Shown one piece after another: positions 28,687 through 42,216 of a stretch of 52,529 nucleotides of DNA (its first letter is position 1; each line of letters begins with the position of its first letter). The position numbers and the translations under genes were made by a program. Source of the DNA: a virus (lineage: Duplodnaviria; Caudoviricetes); IMG/VR virus record IMGVR_UViG_3300035074_000056, positions 1 through 52,529 of that record; one strand, written 5' to 3'. The notes beneath the pieces are model-generated. The model was given only the letters and a program-made list of their open reading frames with translations, did not search any database and was not told the DNA's origin.

Positions 28687-29826
28687 ATGATAGAGGGTTT
28701 GCAATACTGCACCCGGTGCATTATGCCGGAAACGCAGGAAGGCATTGCTTTTGATGAAATGGGCATCTGCACAGCTTGCCAGTCATCTGAGCAGAAGATG
28801 CACATCAACTGGCAACAGCGCCGGGAACAGCTCGGGGCGTTGCTGGATGAAGCCAAGGCTAAGGCCGGGGATAACTACGATTGCATTATCCCCATCAGCG
28901 GCGGGAAGGATAGCTTCTTTCAGCTTCACGTGCTGGTGAAAGAGTTCGGTTTAAAGCCTCTTGCCGTGACCTTCTCCCATAACTGGTTTTCCAAAACCGG
29001 CCAATACAATCTGAATCTGGCTTTGGAAACCTTCAACGTTGATCACATCCAGTTCACACCGAATCGGGCTTTGGTCAACAAGCTGGCGAAAAAATCAATA
29101 TACAAAATTGGGGATGCCTGCTGGCATTGTCACTCCGGCGTGGGCGCGTTCCCTCTTCAGGTGGCAGTGGAGAAGGGCATCCCTCTTTTAGTTTGGGGTG
29201 AAAGCATCGCCGAAGCCTCCGGGCGGGCCAGCTACGATGTCCCGGTCAGGCACTTCGACCGTGAGTACTTCGAGAAAGTCTCGGCCAAAGTCCCCCCGGC
29301 AGCCATGCTGGGCGAGGGCATTACCGAGCAGGATCTGAACCCGTTTAAGCTGCCAACCGCTGAACAATGCGAGGCTATTGGACTGCGCGGGATTCATCTT
29401 GGCGACTATATGTTCTGGGATGACGAAAAGCAAATGGAGTTTGTTCGCGACCATTACGGGTGGCGAGAAACGGAGATTGAAGGCACGTATAAGTGCTACA
29501 AATCCGCCGAATGCATCATGCCCGGTGTCCATGACTTCGCTTGCTACCTCAAACGCGGGTACGGGCGAGGGAGTTATCAGGCCAGCGTAGACATCCGCAA
29601 TGGCTTATTCACCCGGAAGGAAGGGCAAGCGGTAGCAGGGATGCACGACCCCGAGCGCCCGCATGCCCTGGATTACTTCCTGGATATTACCGGGATGAGC
29701 GAAGAAGAGTTTTATCAGGCGGTGGATGCCCACCGGCATGAAAAGCTGACCGAGCGCCCCCTAGTGCATCCCAAGCTCAGACCTCACCCGGAAAAACTGG
29801 TGCCTTATGTCCAACAGCTTGATTGA
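28687..29826 (+). CDS. N-acetyl sugar amidotransferase (PseA/WbuX/WbpG-like)
   Basis: YCTRCIMP, G.C.AC, YDCIIPISGGKDS PP-loop, GDACWHCH, GYGR....AS.DIR.G...R. Confidence 0.9.
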   Translation: MIEGLQYCTRCIMPETQEGIAFDEMGICTACQSSEQKMHINWQQRREQLGALLDEAKAKAGDNYDCIIPISGGKDSFFQLHVLVKEFGLKPLAVTFSHNWFSKTGQYNLNLALETFNVDHIQFTPNRALVNKLAKKSIYKIGDACWHCHSGVGAFPLQVAVEKGIPLLVWGESIAEASGRASYDVPVRHFDREYFEKVSAKVPPAAMLGEGITEQDLNPFKLPTAEQCEAIGLRGIHLGDYMFWDDEKQMEFVRDHYGWRETEIEGTYKCYKSAECIMPGVHDFACYLKRGYGRGSYQASVDIRNGLFTRKEGQAVAGMHDPERPHALDYFLDITGMSEEEFYQAVDAHRHEKLTERPLVHPKLRPHPEKLVPYVQQLD

Positions 29827-30988
29827 TGCCTATACCCGCTGGGAACCTCAGGTTCAAGCTTGGGAATGCTACCACCCGGAACGGATCTCGAACGGCTTGA
29901 TGGTGGGCGTGAAAGACGTGATCAACACCGCCCAATGCTCTACGGAAATGGGAAGCCCGATCTGGAAAGACTTCACTCCCGGCAATGATGCCCGTGTGGT
30001 CAGCAAGCTGAAAGAAGCCGGTTGCGCGATTGCTGGCAAAACCGTTAGCGCCGAATTCGCGGTACACCACCCCGGCAAGACCAAGAACCCTCATAACCTA
30101 AACCGCACCCCTGGGACATCTTCCAGCGGGTCGGCGGTGGCGGTAGCTTGCGGCATGGCTCACGCGGCGCTAGGAACGCAGACGGCAGGCTCCATCATCC
30201 GCCCAGCGAGCTATTGCGGGGTGTATGCCATGAAGCCCAGCTTTGGCCTGATTCCCAGAACCGGGATCCTGAAAACTGCTGACACGCTGGACACTGTGGG
30301 ATTTTTCGCGCAGACGCCGGAACTCCTGCGAACCATGCTCGATATCTGCCGGGTGGATGGGCCGGATTACCCACAAACCGCGCACTTGAAAAAGCCGCGC
30401 CGGGTGAAAAAGATCGGCGTCCTTCGCCCGCCTTGTCAAGCCGAATGGCCGATTTACGCGCTGGAAGCGTTGGATCACTGGCTGTTAAGGCTTGGGGAAT
30501 TCTGGAACGTTCAAGATGCCCCATGGCACTTTGACAGCGCCTATGACACCCATCGGATCATTTATCACAAGTCTCTTTCCTACTACTTCCAACAGGAAGT
30601 CAACACCGGGGAAGTGTCGGATATCTTCCGGCAGCAGGTGCAAGAGGGGCGCGGCATTACCGTGGGCAAGTATCAGCAGGCGTTGAAGCAGCAAGAAAGC
30701 CTTGCGGCAATTGCTGACAAGATGCTGAAAGAATTCGATATCCTCATCACCCTCAGCAGCGGTAGAGAAGCGCCGGAGGACGAGCGACAAGCGCCGAAAG
30801 ACACTTGCCTAGTCTGGACCATGTGCGGGGTGCCGGTCATCAACATTCCTGCATTTACGTCCCCGGATGGTTTACCGTTCGGTATTTCCATCATTGCCAG
30901 ACGCTACCACGATTATAAGCTACTCGATTTTCTCAACATGTTACAGCGACAAGGTTTAGCCCCAGCCGGGCCGAACCCATTACTTTAA
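29807..30988 (+). CDS. Amidase-signature (GatA-like) enzyme
   Basis: VKD, PGTSSSGSAVAVA, GTQTAGSIIRPASYCG; the Lys-Ser-Ser triad appears intact. Confidence 0.9.
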   Translation: MSNSLIDAYTRWEPQVQAWECYHPERISNGLMVGVKDVINTAQCSTEMGSPIWKDFTPGNDARVVSKLKEAGCAIAGKTVSAEFAVHHPGKTKNPHNLNRTPGTSSSGSAVAVACGMAHAALGTQTAGSIIRPASYCGVYAMKPSFGLIPRTGILKTADTLDTVGFFAQTPELLRTMLDICRVDGPDYPQTAHLKKPRRVKKIGVLRPPCQAEWPIYALEALDHWLLRLGEFWNVQDAPWHFDSAYDTHRIIYHKSLSYYFQQEVNTGEVSDIFRQQVQEGRGITVGKYQQALKQQESLAAIADKMLKEFDILITLSSGREAPEDERQAPKDTCLVWTMCGVPVINIPAFTSPDGLPFGISIIARRYHDYKLLDFLNMLQRQGLAPAGPNPLL

Positions 30989-30999
30989 GGAGACGGATT

Positions 31000-31311
31000 A
31001 TGCTCAGCAAAGAAGAAATCCTTTCAATCACCGACAAGGCCACGAAAGAAATTGAAATCCCGGAATGGAACGGTAGCGTTTACGTCAAGGGCATGACCTT
31101 TGAAGATCAAGACTACATCAGCTCTTTGGGCGAGGATAACAACCAAAACCAAAAGCTGTTGATTAAGTTCGTCTGTGATGCTGACGGAAACCCTCTGTTT
31201 ACAGAGGAAGACATCCCGGCGCTGAAAAAGAAATCCGTCCAGGCGTTCAAGCGGATTATCAAAGAAGTGACCAGCTTTAACAGTATGGATGAAGCGGAAA
31301 AAAACTCTTAG
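31000..31311 (+). CDS. Tail assembly chaperone (gpG-like)
   Basis: EIPEWNGSVYVK, DADGNPLFTEEDI..L, ends EAEKNS at a slippery site. Confidence 0.85.
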   Translation: MLSKEEILSITDKATKEIEIPEWNGSVYVKGMTFEDQDYISSLGEDNNQNQKLLIKFVCDADGNPLFTEEDIPALKKKSVQAFKRIIKEVTSFNSMDEAEKNS

Positions 31312-31520
31312 CGCATCCGGCTCTACTCTTCTCTTTTTCACTGGCAAAGGAATTAGGGAAGACAGTCGGGTGCCTACTCACCGGGGAGACTGGCGGGATC
31401 TCACTCCGAGAACTCTTGCACTGGATGGCGTTTAGCAAGATTGAACACGACAGAAACGATCGGGATGCTTTAAAACGCCAAGCTCAAGCCAATTTACCCC
31501 ATTATCAAAGGAAGCTGTGA
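31299..31520 (+). CDS. -1 frameshift extension of the tail chaperone (gpGT-like)
   Basis: Slippery heptamer A AAA AAC (31299-31305); the -1 frame reads LLAHPALLFSFSLAKELGKTVGCLL...ELLHWMAF... to TGA at 31520. Confidence 0.8.
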   Translation, partial: KKLLAHPALLFSFSLAKELGKTVGCLLTGETGGISLRELLHWMAFSKIEHDRNDRDALKRQAQANLPHYQRKL

Positions 31521-31968
31521 TGGAACTGAAAGTTTCATTTGAAGGATTAGACAATCTAAAAAAAGCCTTTGATCTCCTGCCGCAACGGGTAGGGGTGAAA
31601 GCAGCTTCCAAGGCAGTGCGCGAAGGGGCCAAGGTGATCCAGAAAGCCGCCCGCGCCAAGGTGCCGGTAGATACCGGAAACCTAAAACGCAGCATCAGCA
31701 TCAAGGTACTGCATAAAAAACGAGATGCCTTACAGGTGGCCGCGATTATCGGCCCTGGAACCGGCTATTTCTCTAAGCGGGGGAAGAGCGCGGGCAAGCG
31801 GGTAAACGATGGCTTCTATGGCTTTTTTGTGGAGTACGGCACCAAAAGATCCAAAGCAACACCTTTCATGCGTCCTGCCTATGACGAAAACGTACAGGCC
31901 GCACAGCAGGCCATTGTGGACGTAATCGGCGAAGCCATTGAGAAAGAAGCGAGGGCTTTTTACCGCTA

Positions 31969-31969
<1 letters not shown>
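31517..31969 (+). CDS. HK97 gp10-like tail/neck protein
   Basis: PVDTGNLKRSI, FVEYGT, PFMRPA. Confidence 0.85.
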
Positions 31970-35475
<3,506 letters not shown>

Positions 35476-35479
<4 letters not shown>

Positions 35480-36087
35480 GCGGGACCTTCGACACATCCA
35501 TCGTGCGCAGCGAAGAACTGCAAAGCGTTTGGCTGACCTATCCCCAGCGCTCGCTTTCCCAGCAGCGCTACGCCGTCCGGCAGACCGGCCACCGTTGGGA
35601 GATTACCATCGGCACCAAGCCTATGGAACGCGCCGACTGGCAAAAGCTTATGGCCTTCCACGGTCAGCAACGCGGGCAATACAACACCTTCAGCTATACC
35701 AGCGTGGCAATGGCGACGCCTCTGGGGGGATTGGCTGGAAGTACCTATGCCGTTACGGTTTCCGGCACTTCTCACGCTGCCGGGGGTACGACTGTTGCAT
35801 TTACCGGGCTTCCCACTTCAGCCGTGGTGCTAAAGGCCGGGGATCTGCTGAAATTTGCCAACCATGCCAAGGTCTATGCCGTGGAATCCACCAGTGTGAC
35901 CAGTAGTACAGCAGGCGCGGCGACGGTAACGCTACACCCTGAACTCGTATCTTCCGTAGCCAGTGGGGAGGCCCTCACCTATCAGAATGTGCCTTTCACC
36001 ATGTCTTTTACCGAAGACGCGCCCAAGTGGCCGGTTGACGTGGCGGGCTTGCTTGAAACGCAATTGACGCTAGCGGAGGTGTTCTAA
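35476..36087 (+). CDS. Distal tail-like protein
   Basis: Position in the tail-tip module; GQYNTF, LKAGDLLKFANH.KVY, L.P.L motifs. Confidence 0.7.
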
Positions 36088-36648
36088 ATGACACAGCGCG
36101 GGATGTCTTCCCAGTTTTCCACGCAACTGACACAAGACAGCATAACGATATATCACTTGTATCAGGCCCAGTTTCCGGATGGCACGATTTATTTTACCGA
36201 TCTGCCGTATGACACCACCTACGGCGGGAATACTTATACCGGGGCTGGCAGTGCGCTGGGCTACGACTCCATAGAAGAGGTTTCCGGCCTCCAATCCAAC
36301 GGCATTCGTATTTATTTCAACGCCGCAAACGTTTCTCTACTATCTGTATTACTGGATCAAAACCTAATTGATCGCCCGGTGTACGTCTATCGAGGCTTGT
36401 TGGATTCCAGCAACCAGCCGATCACTGATCCCTTGTTGATTTTTGAAGGGCGCAGCGATTCCGTAAGGCTTTCGGAAGATCCCGACAAGGGATCGCTCCA
36501 GCTTATCTTCGAATGTTTTGACGAAAACGTAGACTTTGAGCGGGTGAACGGTAGACGTTCAAATCATGAGGAGCAACAAGCCTTGTTCCCTGGGGATAAC
36601 GGTTTTGCCTTCATTGCAGACGGGATGGATAAAGTCACCAAATGGTAA
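36088..36648 (+). CDS. Tail tip/hub protein
   Basis: YTGAG, V.VYRG, FEGR.D, QQ.LFPGD.GF.F motifs typical of minor tail proteins. Confidence 0.75.
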   Translation: MTQRGMSSQFSTQLTQDSITIYHLYQAQFPDGTIYFTDLPYDTTYGGNTYTGAGSALGYDSIEEVSGLQSNGIRIYFNAANVSLLSVLLDQNLIDRPVYVYRGLLDSSNQPITDPLLIFEGRSDSVRLSEDPDKGSLQLIFECFDENVDFERVNGRRSNHEEQQALFPGDNGFAFIADGMDKVTKW

Positions 36649-37067
36649 TGAAAACTCAAAATTACCACAGGGCGCTGACCGATTATATCAACGCCTCTCT
36701 TAAGCTGCCCTTTGAGTGGGGCAAACGAGATTGCGTGACTTATGCCATTGGGGCCATCGAGGCCATGATCGGCAAAGAGGTCGAGAAGCCTGAATTTGCT
36801 TATACCACCGAAGAAGAAGCGCTTGAATTTTCCAAGTCCTGGAGCCTACAGGAAGGCATGATTGCGCAACTGAGCGCGTATGAAGTACCCCATAAGTTCC
36901 ACCAGCCTGGGGATATTGCGATTGTCCGAAGGGATGGGTTCGAATGCTGTCATGTGGTGTTTGATCGCCGGGCTTATGCACCGCTTTTGGATGATGTGGT
37001 GCGGGCATTCAGCGTTCACAAACTCTATGAAGAATGCCCGGACGCTAAAATTCTGAGGTTCGATTAA
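36648..37067 (+). CDS. NlpC/P60-like tail-tip assembly protein
   Basis: PFEWGKRDC...A....AM.G and PGDI motifs. Confidence 0.75.
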   Translation: MKTQNYHRALTDYINASLKLPFEWGKRDCVTYAIGAIEAMIGKEVEKPEFAYTTEEEALEFSKSWSLQEGMIAQLSAYEVPHKFHQPGDIAIVRRDGFECCHVVFDRRAYAPLLDDVVRAFSVHKLYEECPDAKILRFD

Positions 37068-39820
37068 TGCCGCCAGTCGTGGCAATCATTAGTGCCGTTA
37101 ATGCTTACCTGGCAGCACACGCCATCATTGCGGCAGTCGTGGGGGCGGTACTCTCAGCCGGGGTTAGCTTGGCGGCCAATGCCCTTTTTACCAGCAAGCC
37201 TAAAAAAGCCGCTTTTGGCAGTGTCTCTAACCTGTCTCGTGAAATCATTGAAAATAAGAAATCCACCGTTGAGTTTATTCCTATAGTCTACGGCCAACAC
37301 AGAGTTGGTGGGATTCAGGTCTATGAAGAGGTTTCCAGTAGTTATCTTTATCTGGTAGTGGTTTTCTGCGAAGGCACTATTAGCGCGGTTGATACCATTT
37401 ATATTGATGGTGTAGCGGCTACGGACAGCCGGTTTTCAGGACTGGTAGACGCCTATACTTTTCTAGGGGCGGACGACCAGAGTGTCACTGGCTGGACGCA
37501 TGCCATTGGTTCTGGGCCTGCGGATTTCATTTCAGCCGGTGCGCCGGGGTGGACTGCCAACCATAGGCTTTTGGGTTGTGCGGGCGTGGCTTTACGGCTC
37601 AATAAAAACACAGATGTCTTCCCACGGATTCCGCAGGTTACTGGCATTGTTAATGGCCGGAAAGTTTACGACCCGCGCGATCTCACGACCAAGTACACCA
37701 CCAACCCGGCTTTGTGCATTCGGGATTATTACACTAATACCCGTTTCGGCGCGAAGATTGCCAGCTCCCGGCTGGATGATGATAGTTGGACAGACGCTGC
37801 CAACTTCTTCGAGACTACCACGGACTACGGCAACGGCACCCAATCCCGGTTCAAAATGAACGGCATCGTGGACACCAGCCAGCGCGTTTGGGACAACATC
37901 GAGGACTTGATGCGGTCCTGCAACAGTCTACCCAAGCGGGTTAATGGCAAGCATGGCATCCTGCCCCTGAAGTCGGAAACGGTCGGCTTTAACTTCACAG
38001 ATGACAACGTGGTGGGCGGGATTTCCGTTGAGCGCCTCGGGAAGCGTTTCAAGAAGAATAAGATCAATGCCCAGTTTATCAACCCGGATAATAACTGGCA
38101 AGCAGACCTTTATGTGGTTTCAGATGCCACGTACAAGGCGCAAGACAACAACATCGATCTAACCAATGAGCTGGAATTGCGCCATGTGACTGATTGGTAT
38201 CAGACTTCACACATTGCCCGCATTGCCTTGAGGCAATCCCGACTGGAAGAGAAATACAATTTCACAGCTTCCCACGAGGCTCTGAAATGTGAAATCGGCG
38301 ATGTCGTAGACCTTACCCATAGCGTGTATGGCTTCTCTGGTAAACAAATGCGCGTCACCAGCATTACCATTGAGCCCAATGGCACCATTGGCATCGGCGC
38401 TGAGGAATACGACAGCAGCGTTTACACCGTCAGCACTGCCAATGCGCCCAATGCTGGAAGCACGACCAGCTTCGGAAGCCCGTTTGATATCGACGCCCCC
38501 GGTACGCCGTCGGTCTCGGAAACCTTCACCACCAACAGCGCGGGCTTTGTAGTCAACGTCGCCACCCTTTCATGGGCTGCCCCCGCCAGCGCTCAGGTTT
38601 CAAAATACATCGTGGAGTACAAACTCTCCAGTTCTTCCGACTGGATCAAGGCTGGGGAGCCGCAGACCACCACGTTTTCCATCAGTGATATCGTGGCGGG
38701 CACCTATGACTTTGCCGTGTCTGCCGTCAACACCATAGGCCGGATCAGCGACCGGGCTAGCCGTACCAGTGTCAGCATCGTCAACAACACCGACACCCCC
38801 GCCGATGTGACCGGCTTTTCCCACGAGTTCACCAGCGATAACCAGATTGTTTTGCGCTGGGATGAGAATTCAGACGTGACCGTGGGCGGCGGCTACCGGA
38901 TCAAGGTCAGTAACAAGACCAGCGGCGCGGCGTGGTCCGACTTCCCACAAATGAACGTGCTGATTGATGGACGAGAAACCACAGCCACTCTGGGCCTGCT
39001 GGAAGGCACGTACATGATGAAGGCTGAGAACCTGGCCGGGGTTCAAAGCGAAAACGCGGTTACTATCCCGGTGAACCTCCCGGATCATGATGAATGGGTC
39101 AACGTGGCATCCGTGACGGAATCCACGGCCTTTGCAGGAACGCACACGCAAACCGAGCTTTCCACCGGCACGCTGACCCTCACCGCTACCACCAGCGGCG
39201 GCTATTACACCTCTGGCAATTATGTTTACGCGAACCAGATGGATTTCGGCGGGAAGTTCGCCTTCCGGTTGACGCGGGTTTCGTCTGGAACCTTGTCCAA
39301 CACTGCCGCCAACTGGGATTCATTCACTGGCAATATCGACGACTACACCACTGTTTTGATCGATGATATGGCCGGACGGTCCACGGTAGACGTTAAACAC
39401 TGGTTTGCTACCAGTACCCAAAGCAGCACCGGGCCGTTTGGAGATCACCAACGGTTGCAGATGGCGGAAGGGGTGGCGCGTTATCTGAAATTTAAGACCA
39501 CCATCGACACCGAATCAAATACGGAAAACACCAATATCAGTGAGTTGGCGGTCTATGCCTGGATGAAACGACGGGCAGAGAGCAACTGGAACGTTTCCGC
39601 GTCTTCCACAGGCGCAACAGTGACATTTGCCGCGCCATTTTATACCACGCCCGCTATTTCGGTGTTTCCATTTAACGGCACCGCTGGGCAATACGTCACC
39701 GCCGCCACCAGCCAAGCCAGCCGGACAGGCTTTGAAGTGAGTTACTTCACGTCTTCCGGCGGACAGACGAGTGGAAAGTTCAGCTACGCCGCAATTGGAT
39801 ATGGCAAGGAGATTGTCTGA
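37067..39820 (+). CDS. Central tail tip/host-specificity protein (J-like) with FN3-like domains
   Basis: IPIVYG..RVGG, GRKVYDPR, NPALCIRDY, GDVV, AEEYD.SVY, LSW..P...Y.VEYK...YDFAVSAVN. Confidence 0.88.
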   Translation: MPPVVAIISAVNAYLAAHAIIAAVVGAVLSAGVSLAANALFTSKPKKAAFGSVSNLSREIIENKKSTVEFIPIVYGQHRVGGIQVYEEVSSSYLYLVVVFCEGTISAVDTIYIDGVAATDSRFSGLVDAYTFLGADDQSVTGWTHAIGSGPADFISAGAPGWTANHRLLGCAGVALRLNKNTDVFPRIPQVTGIVNGRKVYDPRDLTTKYTTNPALCIRDYYTNTRFGAKIASSRLDDDSWTDAANFFETTTDYGNGTQSRFKMNGIVDTSQRVWDNIEDLMRSCNSLPKRVNGKHGILPLKSETVGFNFTDDNVVGGISVERLGKRFKKNKINAQFINPDNNWQADLYVVSDATYKAQDNNIDLTNELELRHVTDWYQTSHIARIALRQSRLEEKYNFTASHEALKCEIGDVVDLTHSVYGFSGKQMRVTSITIEPNGTIGIGAEEYDSSVYTVSTANAPNAGSTTSFGSPFDIDAPGTPSVSETFTTNSAGFVVNVATLSWAAPASAQVSKYIVEYKLSSSSDWIKAGEPQTTTFSISDIVAGTYDFAVSAVNTIGRISDRASRTSVSIVNNTDTPADVTGFSHEFTSDNQIVLRWDENSDVTVGGGYRIKVSNKTSGAAWSDFPQMNVLIDGRETTATLGLLEGTYMMKAENLAGVQSENAVTIPVNLPDHDEWVNVASVTESTAFAGTHTQTELSTGTLTLTATTSGGYYTSGNYVYANQMDFGGKFAFRLTRVSSGTLSNTAANWDSFTGNIDDYTTVLIDDMAGRSTVDVKHWFATSTQSSTGPFGDHQRLQMAEGVARYLKFKTTIDTESNTENTNISELAVYAWMKRRAESNWNVSASSTGATVTFAAPFYTTPAISVFPFNGTAGQYVTAATSQASRTGFEVSYFTSSGGQTSGKFSYAAIGYGKEIV

Positions 39821-40164
39821 TGTCTGTTAACCCTGGCGAATTGCACCACACCACTCGTGGAATCGCTGAAATTAAGGACTTCTATACCGAGAACGGCATT
39901 CAAAAGGTGCGGTTCTGGCTGCATGTCGTAGAGCCTGAAGACGGCGTTACTCCCACCGGAGACGCTTTGCTGATGTCCACCACGCCGGACAAATTGCAAG
40001 CCTGGATCGATCGGTTCCCACGGGATATTTCAGAGCGTAAGCGGTCCGTGTCGGCCATGAAGGACATGTATCCGGCAGAGCGGGAGCGGGTGGATGGAAT
40101 CCTAGCAAGAATCAAAGAGGCGGAGGCCAAAGGGCCAAGCGTTAAGACCAAAAGGAAGCAATAG
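39820..40164 (+). CDS. Hypothetical protein
   Basis: 114-aa ORF translationally coupled between tail genes; AAGGAG RBS. Confidence 0.6.
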   Translation: MSVNPGELHHTTRGIAEIKDFYTENGIQKVRFWLHVVEPEDGVTPTGDALLMSTTPDKLQAWIDRFPRDISERKRSVSAMKDMYPAERERVDGILARIKEAEAKGPSVKTKRKQ

Positions 40165-40166
40165 CA

Positions 40167-41327
40167 ATGCCCTTGCATGACTACAACGCCGCCAACCAGA
40201 CCCCGGCGTCTTTTAGGACTGATTTAAACAATTTGTTTCTGGCTATAGCTGGGTGTAATGCCAGTTCCAGCGGCATTACAACCACATTCGGCCACATGCT
40301 TTATGCGGATGTCTCCTCCTCTGGCTGGATGCGGATGCGGAACGCGGCAGACAGCACTTTCAACTATATCTTCCCCTTGGGTGTTCCGGGTGGCATCTTC
40401 ACTTACTCCGGCAACCCCAGCACTAACCACGCTTGCAAATACCAAGGACAGCCGCTTTTTGACACCGCCAACAGCGCCTATTACATTGGGACGGCGGTAG
40501 GCACGTCTTCTTCTGCCACCTGGGCGCAAGTGCAATTCACCAGCAGTTTGACGCAGGGCTTCCCCGATGGTTATATCGCCGGACCGCCTCCCCAATATGC
40601 CAGCGCAGCCACCATTACCCTCCCGGCTGGGCTGAAATGTCGGAACAGCGCAGACACGGCAGATATTGAGTTCAGTACCGCCTACACGGTGGATATCACG
40701 GTATCTGGTTCCGGTGGGCTTTCCACGGACCTGACCGAAGCAGCTGGCACTTGGTACTATTTGTTTGCTATTCGTAAATCAGGGGATGGCACGATTAATG
40801 GTATTCTAACGACTGCTACCAGCGCTCCAACCATGCCCAGTGGATATAATCAATATCGAATGTTGCCGATTGCCCTACGTAACAACGCCAGCGGGGATCT
40901 TGTCCCGTTTTATATCGGCGTCGGCTGGCCGTATCGTCCGAAAATACTATGGCGCGATTATGAAGATATCCAGACCGGGAACCCCGGCACCGTGATTGCC
41001 GCTTATAACGTGTTGAACTCAGGGGTCTCGACTGCTTTTGCCGCCGTCTCGCTGGTGAGCCTAGTCCCGCCGATTTCCAAAAATGTCGACCTCGGCGTAC
41101 TGTACATCCCTGGCGGCAACCAATTGGGGAAAGCGTATACACGCCCGACAGGTTCAGGGTTGAGTAACGGACGAATGCTCGCAGCAGGCTATAACTCGGA
41201 ATTTAACGCCAGCATCGTCCCTGACGTGTTGACGGACGCTAGTCAATCCATTGATTATCTGACCGACAACGCAAGCGCACCTATCAGCCTGTGGGTGCGG
41301 GGCTTTGCCGTCACGGAGGTGAACTAA
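40167..41327 (+). CDS. Tail fibre/receptor-binding-like protein
   Basis: HDY..ANQ....FR.DLN..F.AI N-terminus and TWYYLF...PTMPSGY..YR motif of phage tail fibres. Confidence 0.75.
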   Translation: MPLHDYNAANQTPASFRTDLNNLFLAIAGCNASSSGITTTFGHMLYADVSSSGWMRMRNAADSTFNYIFPLGVPGGIFTYSGNPSTNHACKYQGQPLFDTANSAYYIGTAVGTSSSATWAQVQFTSSLTQGFPDGYIAGPPPQYASAATITLPAGLKCRNSADTADIEFSTAYTVDITVSGSGGLSTDLTEAAGTWYYLFAIRKSGDGTINGILTTATSAPTMPSGYNQYRMLPIALRNNASGDLVPFYIGVGWPYRPKILWRDYEDIQTGNPGTVIAAYNVLNSGVSTAFAAVSLVSLVPPISKNVDLGVLYIPGGNQLGKAYTRPTGSGLSNGRMLAAGYNSEFNASIVPDVLTDASQSIDYLTDNASAPISLWVRGFAVTEVN

Positions 41328-41409
41328 TGAAACTCTGTCGCAGACATATCGGCAGCGGCGCGTTTGACAACGCCGCCGATTATCCAAACACAAAAATTTA
41401 GGGGATTAT

Positions 41410-42216
41410 ATGAGGCGGATTTTAGTCTTAGGCGCAACAGGAATGTTGGGCCAAGCCCTGATGCAAGAGGGCGAGCGGCGCGGCTTTGAAATGATTGGAG
41501 GCCGGGTAGAGCTTCGGGATACCGAGGCCCTGATGGCCCATGTGGATTATCACCAGCCTGATTTGATCATTAACGCGGCGGCGGTTACGGATATTGCCGC
41601 TTGCGAAGAGAGCCCCGGCCTGGCGTATGAGATCAACACCCTGCCGGTTCTGGCAATAATCCAAGGAAACACACGGTTGGTTCAGATCTCCACGGATCGT
41701 TATTCGGATAATGTCTACGCAAAAACCAAGCAGGCCGCTGAAGATATCGCCTTGCTGAAGCCTGATAACCTCGTGGTCAGAACCAACATTGTCGGCTTTC
41801 GAGGCCACGGCAAGCCTACCTTTGCCGAATGGGCCATAGATGTCATTGAGACCGGGAAGCCGGTTACTCTCTTTGATGATTTCTATGCCCGCAGCATTGA
41901 TGTCTGGAGCTTTTCCGAGATTCTGTTTGATCTGCTAGAACTGGATATCAGCGGCAGGATTGATATTGCCAGCCGGGAAGAAGTGAGCAAAAAGCAATTT
42001 GTGGAAGCCCTGGCAGCGAAAATAGGAAAGCCCCTCAACGCCACGGTGGGCAGTATAAAAGGCTTGACACCCGCCAGATTGCCGCATTGTACACTGGATG
42101 TTAGCGGTGTTGAGCGTTTGCTTAGGCGACCCATGCCGGATCTGGATGATGTTGTTAATTCATTGGTTGAAAGGCGGAAACCATGTACCAACCCATTACT
42201 ATTAACGGACGGGTAA
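41410..42216 (+). CDS. RmlD-like NAD(P)-dependent sugar-nucleotide oxidoreductase (SDR)
   Basis: LVLGATGMLG, INAAAVTD...CE..P, QISTD, YAKTK (YxxxK), VRTN. Confidence 0.88.
   Translation: MRRILVLGATGMLGQALMQEGERRGFEMIGGRVELRDTEALMAHVDYHQPDLIINAAAVTDIAACEESPGLAYEINTLPVLAIIQGNTRLVQISTDRYSDNVYAKTKQAAEDIALLKPDNLVVRTNIVGFRGHGKPTFAEWAIDVIETGKPVTLFDDFYARSIDVWSFSEILFDLLELDISGRIDIASREEVSKKQFVEALAAKIGKPLNATVGSIKGLTPARLPHCTLDVSGVERLLRRPMPDLDDVVNSLVERRKPCTNPLLLTDG

Noticed and set aside
29807-30988. Amidase as the endolysin or as true gatA
   Set aside because: The amidase-signature family is not a peptidoglycan amidase, there is no gatB/gatC, and it is coupled to the sugar amidotransferase
37067-41327. 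Diversity-generating retroelement or invertible tail-fibre cassette
   Set aside because: No reverse transcriptase or invertase, and I saw no template/variable repeat pair or flanking inverted repeats
41410-42216. Rhamnose (rml) pathway
   Set aside because: No rmlA/B/C-like genes; only the SDR fold is shared
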